A stretch of 63,297 nt of DNA, the filler included, from Rhabdomonas costata (Eukaryota): the NCBI GenBank assembly GCA_019059605.1. It is 31 parts of 31 records of this genome, joined end to end, with 100 filler letters (N's around TTAATTAATTAA, not from the genome) between each part and the next. Parts side by side here need not be neighbours in the genome. Positions count along the whole stretch, not along the records: positions 59,312 to 61,254 come from JAHMHO010007115.1; positions 61,355 to 63,297 come from JAHMHO010007116.1; 29 more parts are not named here. One strand, given 5' to 3'. Below the pieces are notes generated by a model. The model worked only from the letters and a program-made list of their open reading frames with translations. It was not told where the DNA came from and made no database searches. This document shows positions 59,417 to 63,297 of the stretch, one piece after another. Position 1 is the first letter of the stretch; each line of letters opens with the position of its first letter. The translations under genes were made by a program, and so were the position numbers.

Positions 59417-59956
59417 TCTTAACGAGGGTCTTCACGTGTTTGCGGCGAGAAGCGGAAGACGATGCTGTGCCTTCTCTAAACTAGGAAAAATAAACAACTT
59501 GATCCACACAACTAGGAAATGGAAAAAATGAGCCTGGGTTGAAGAACGGGGTGGGGGTATCTAAAACAGGCGACTCTCCATAATATTCCTCGAAGCGGGT
59601 CAACCTGTAAGCATCAAGTGGGAGGGGGTATGCAGAATGTAAGAGGGAACGGGGAGATTTGGCCGTAATGCGATGGGCAACAAATCTGACTTTCGGTACA
59701 AAAACCTCCTGCGAGTGTCAGCATTCTACTTCATTTGGTAGAAAAGTAACAGTACTACGGCACAAAAGTTCTTGCAGTAGCTACTTCTAGTTCTTTTTTT
59801 ACCCAAATGCATTCATTCAAACTCATAAAACGTTTCGAACCCGACAATGCTTCGCCGAACCGCTGGGAGAACAATGACATTTGTCTTTAGGCAAGCAGAC
59901 AGACTAATACTGCGGAATTAAGTGCGCCACTAGCTCGGAAACACCCACACATAAAT

Positions 59957-60657
59957 CTATGCCGCGGGCTGAGATTTATTTGAGCTAAACCAAACCAAAT
60001 AGGAAGCGTCGTGAGTGCAGCCCCAAACAGCATAAAGTTCAGTCAGGACTGGAGCGGCACGCGCTCGCAAGTTGTCGGGCGCCGCGGAAAAGCAGTAAGC
60101 CCCGAAGAAATCTATTGCGCTACCTTGTTGAGGACGAATCCGCTGGCAGTTGACTTCACTCCAATCATGAAAGTCATTCGGGATGACAAACACACCATCA
60201 CTTGGAGTGTGCATCACGTCGGCAGGTAACGTGAGAAAAAATCGCTTCGCCAAACGTAGCACGTAGAAGCACATATAAGAAAAACCGCAGGTGCGGTTGA
60301 CACATCCGTCTCCATATGTTATTTTGCCCTCTGATTCTCCGACGTTTTTACTTGTAAAGTGCTCCGAGACCCAGAAGAACTCCAATCAGAGCAGGCCCCC
60401 CGACCAGCGTTGTCCGGGGAAACCGCTGTCGGTGAGAGTCTGCTTGAACCCAACCAGAATTGATAAAAACAAGCCATTCGTGAGCTTTATTTTTTGGTCG
60501 AACCAGAGGTGACCAGAGGCTGGAAATATCATGGTCACGGGAAGGGAAAGGGGCAATGACCCTCCCTCCCTCTCTCTGCTCTCCGCTGCCTTTGACGGCC
60601 CAAAAGAGGAAGGGCACGAAGAGTACAAGGAACAGCTCCTCCGAGTCGGGGGACGAC
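59957..60657 (-). CDS. Hypothetical membrane protein, 3' part (4 exons)
   Basis: Exons 60657-60590, 60439-60352, 60200-60124 and 60048-59957 are in phase and contain two hydrophobic segments (LFLVLFVPFLFWAV, LVGGPALIGVLLGLGALY). Confidence 0.5.
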
Positions 60658-61414
60658 CTGTATGGAACACATATGGACACAAAGGCAAACCGACAGAGAG
60701 GAGAGCCCCGGCTCCGGCACGGGTAGTCCAGAGCGCGCCAACAACTTGAACCAATACGGCAGCCTACCCACCCACACTGCCCACTGCCAACGAAGTAACG
60801 TACACATCAAGCAGACCCCCGCACCGGATTCGGAGTGATCCAAGCCGTGCGGCGGCCAACGCTGACTCACCAAAGAAGCTGAAGACAACAAGAGAGTTTT
60901 TGAGGGGAAAAATGGCAACCTGCCTCCTCTACAAAAAGGAGAGCGAGCACGAGCCAGGACCTAGAGAAGGTCTCCGCTGTGAAACCAATGATGGAAGAAT
61001 GAGGAAATAGGAGAAGCACGCTCCGCCGACCCAAGTAGGATGGGCGAGAAGAGCTGAGCCGGCGACCGGGCAAGGGGAAACGAGGGAGCACATGGAGCGA
61101 ACGCGAAGCGTGAAGTTAGAGGACCCACAGTTTCTGGACAGGAGCTGTCAGGAAGAGGGGTCCCCCTCCAGGTGGTTCAGCATCCACTCCACGGTGACGA
61201 AGGCCCACGAATCGGGCCGAAACTTGACCTGAGGTTGACACCCGAACAACCAACNNNNNNNNNNNNNNNNNNNNNNNNNNNNNNNNNNNNNNNNNNNNTT
61301 AATTAATTAANNNNNNNNNNNNNNNNNNNNNNNNNNNNNNNNNNNNNNNNNNNNGTGGTTGTGGGAACCTCACCTTTTGCACACCTCGCTGTCCTTCTGT
61401 TTCCCCTGAAAACA

Positions 61415-61655
61415 ATGGGCTGCGGGTTGTCTATTTCGAAGAGCTCTCGTGGGAGGGGGGCTGGGAATAGCCAGCGCTCCCCGACAGGGAAAGCCACGGA
61501 GCAGCAGCAGCAGCAACAGCAGCCGCAGAACTCGGCCGCCCTGGCGCACCCCGGGGTGCCCGTCGCAGGCCGAGGGGTTACCAAGCCTGGGATGGCGAAC
61601 CCGCTCAGCTCCGCGGTCTCTGCCCCGATGTCGGCTTCAAACACTGCCACTCCAG
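61415..61655 (+). CDS. Predicted dually acylated (MGCxxS) protein, first exon
   Basis: MGCGLSISK start after a pyrimidine tract; poly-Q; donor G|gttagc. A possible second exon lies at 62735-62784. Confidence 0.6.
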
Positions 61656-63297
61656 GTTAGCGTCTTGGAGGGGTTGGGGAGCACAGCTTTCTTCTCTTGT
61701 CTCTCTTTGGGCCCGGGACAAAAAAGCTAGGCCGACTTCTGTGCATATCCTGGATACTGCCTTTCGCGAACAGTTCCATGATCGGATTATCGACCCCGAC
61801 CTTATCGCCGATTCTCGGGTCTGGGCGTTGCCGCCATTGCTGGTGGGCTCATAAGACCCTTCTTTTTGCAGTTCATGGGTTGCAGACAGGCTCTGCCTGC
61901 TGGTGTAACCGCAATTGCGCCATCCCCTTGATTTGCAATGATGGCCGCAGTGGCGAGCGCAGTTGCATGTACGGATTCCAGCTTGCGGCGGGGCACACCG
62001 AAGGGCACAATTTTTTTTAAGAACATGATACAGTTACAGGGTAGGCCTATCTAGCCTCTTCAGCCGGCCTCCGGAACCCCACCATATCGTCGGGGGTAGG
62101 ACCACTTATTTTGGCCCAAATCCTCGCCCTATTCGCTGGGTGACATCCGCCATGGTCACTCTCGGACCCGACCGGACCGGACCGGCGCAGACCTAACATT
62201 GACCTCAGAACTCGAGCTATAGTGGCGGGTTGGTGCTCATATTTCATTTGGTGGTATGGTAGTATTCCTGAGATGAGTTGGTTGGCCGCTTCCCCCGGAG
62301 TCCTTCTCTACACCGAAATATGACCCCTTCAAGGTCCTATTTTTGCCCTTTAAAGGGCATTTTTGCGGCTTTTTTCAAGGGCCGGGAGTGCACTTTTCGA
62401 ACCTTTGCAGGCCTGCATAATGAGCCTAAGCTTTGGGCTGGGCCTGGTTAGTAGAGCCCAGGAGTACTGGCACCGGAGTGGGCCGGAATGCCTGTGTTTC
62501 CAGCCACCTGAGGCCATTTGAGGGCCCTTTTTGGGACCTTTTTGCCTTTACACAGGCTTGTAAGGACCTTTTGTTTGACGCTTGCTTTACATCGGGCTTG
62601 GGTTTTGATAAGAGCAGACAAATTACTGTAGGCTGGCACACCGTCCGCCAGCACCGTGTGCCAGCAACGATTTCATTGATATTTTTTGTCCTCATGTTTG
62701 GGATCGCGTTGATTGGAATGTTGCTGGGCCGCAGGAAGCAGGAAGCATTCTATCCGGTGTACCTCCAGAGTTTCTCCTGAAGATGTATCCTCGTCGTCGT
62801 TTTGGAAAGGTCTGATGGGTCGCTGATCACTGGCACTGTTTGTATCCTAGTTTGGTGTTTTGCTTTCATTTGCCGCTCTTTTCGGACGTGTTTCTTCCTT
62901 TCCGCAACACATACCCCCTTTATTTGAATGCCTCAGGTTTCCATCTGTGCTGAGCTCAGCAGTAGCATGCACTTGAGGGGCTGAAAACGACTGTGCAAAC
63001 AACCAGCAAGTCTTTTGGGTCTTTTTTGAGTGCTCTCCTCGAGAAAGCAGGGCAACTAGCGTACGAACCACTGCCAGAAAAATGTGTGGACAAAAATTCC
63101 AAATAAAAAGGAACCTGAAAAGACAAATAATTCTGCATCTTTGTCCCCTCCCCCTCCCATGGGTCAATGTTGGGGCAAAAACTGCGCACATACCGACTTT
63201 TCGGGGGATACGGAGACAAATTTAACGACACAGATGCTATTTTATGAGCAAATTCTCCCCTCCCCTCTTTTTCTCTATTTTCGCCTATTAACAACAC

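Noticed and set aside
62632-62665. 10-bp hairpin GCTGGCACAC/GTGTGCCAGC (and an 11-bp one at 27368-27413)
   Set aside because: Short, single-copy, with no exon boundaries consistent with nonconventional introns.

Overview
This window is not one locus. It is 31 unrelated contigs of about 1.95 kb each, joined by artificial N44-TTAATTAATTAA-N44 spacers. Contig starts are mostly G/T-only and ends C/A-only, which is typical of degenerate-primer whole-genome amplification. The DNA comes from an intron-rich eukaryote, most likely a euglenid (inference from a nonconventional intron, an extended eL37, cyclase motifs and outron-like acceptors before start codons). Exon-by-exon reconstruction gives partial genes for RPB3, ubiquilin/Dsk2, phosphoglucomutase, a WD40 protein, Vps41, a Moco sulfurase-like PLP enzyme, an ABCG/PDR transporter, a MAPKK, eL37, a GH18 chitinase, DNAJC2/MPP11, an APC amino-acid permease, a DUF2431/BMT5-like methyltransferase, a claudin/amastin-like protein, UBA and ARM proteins, and several unknowns. 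There is also a decayed Ty3/Gypsy reverse transcriptase. Most notable are: an 82-nt non-GT-AG stem-loop intron with euglenid CAG/CTG signatures (49317-49398); one firm and several probable GC-AG introns; frequent AAG acceptors; a 54-nt tandem duplication that reads as a box C/D snoRNA with an rRNA-complementary guide; and several genes that look bacterial or phage-derived. All family assignments are from motif recognition by eye; no searches were run.
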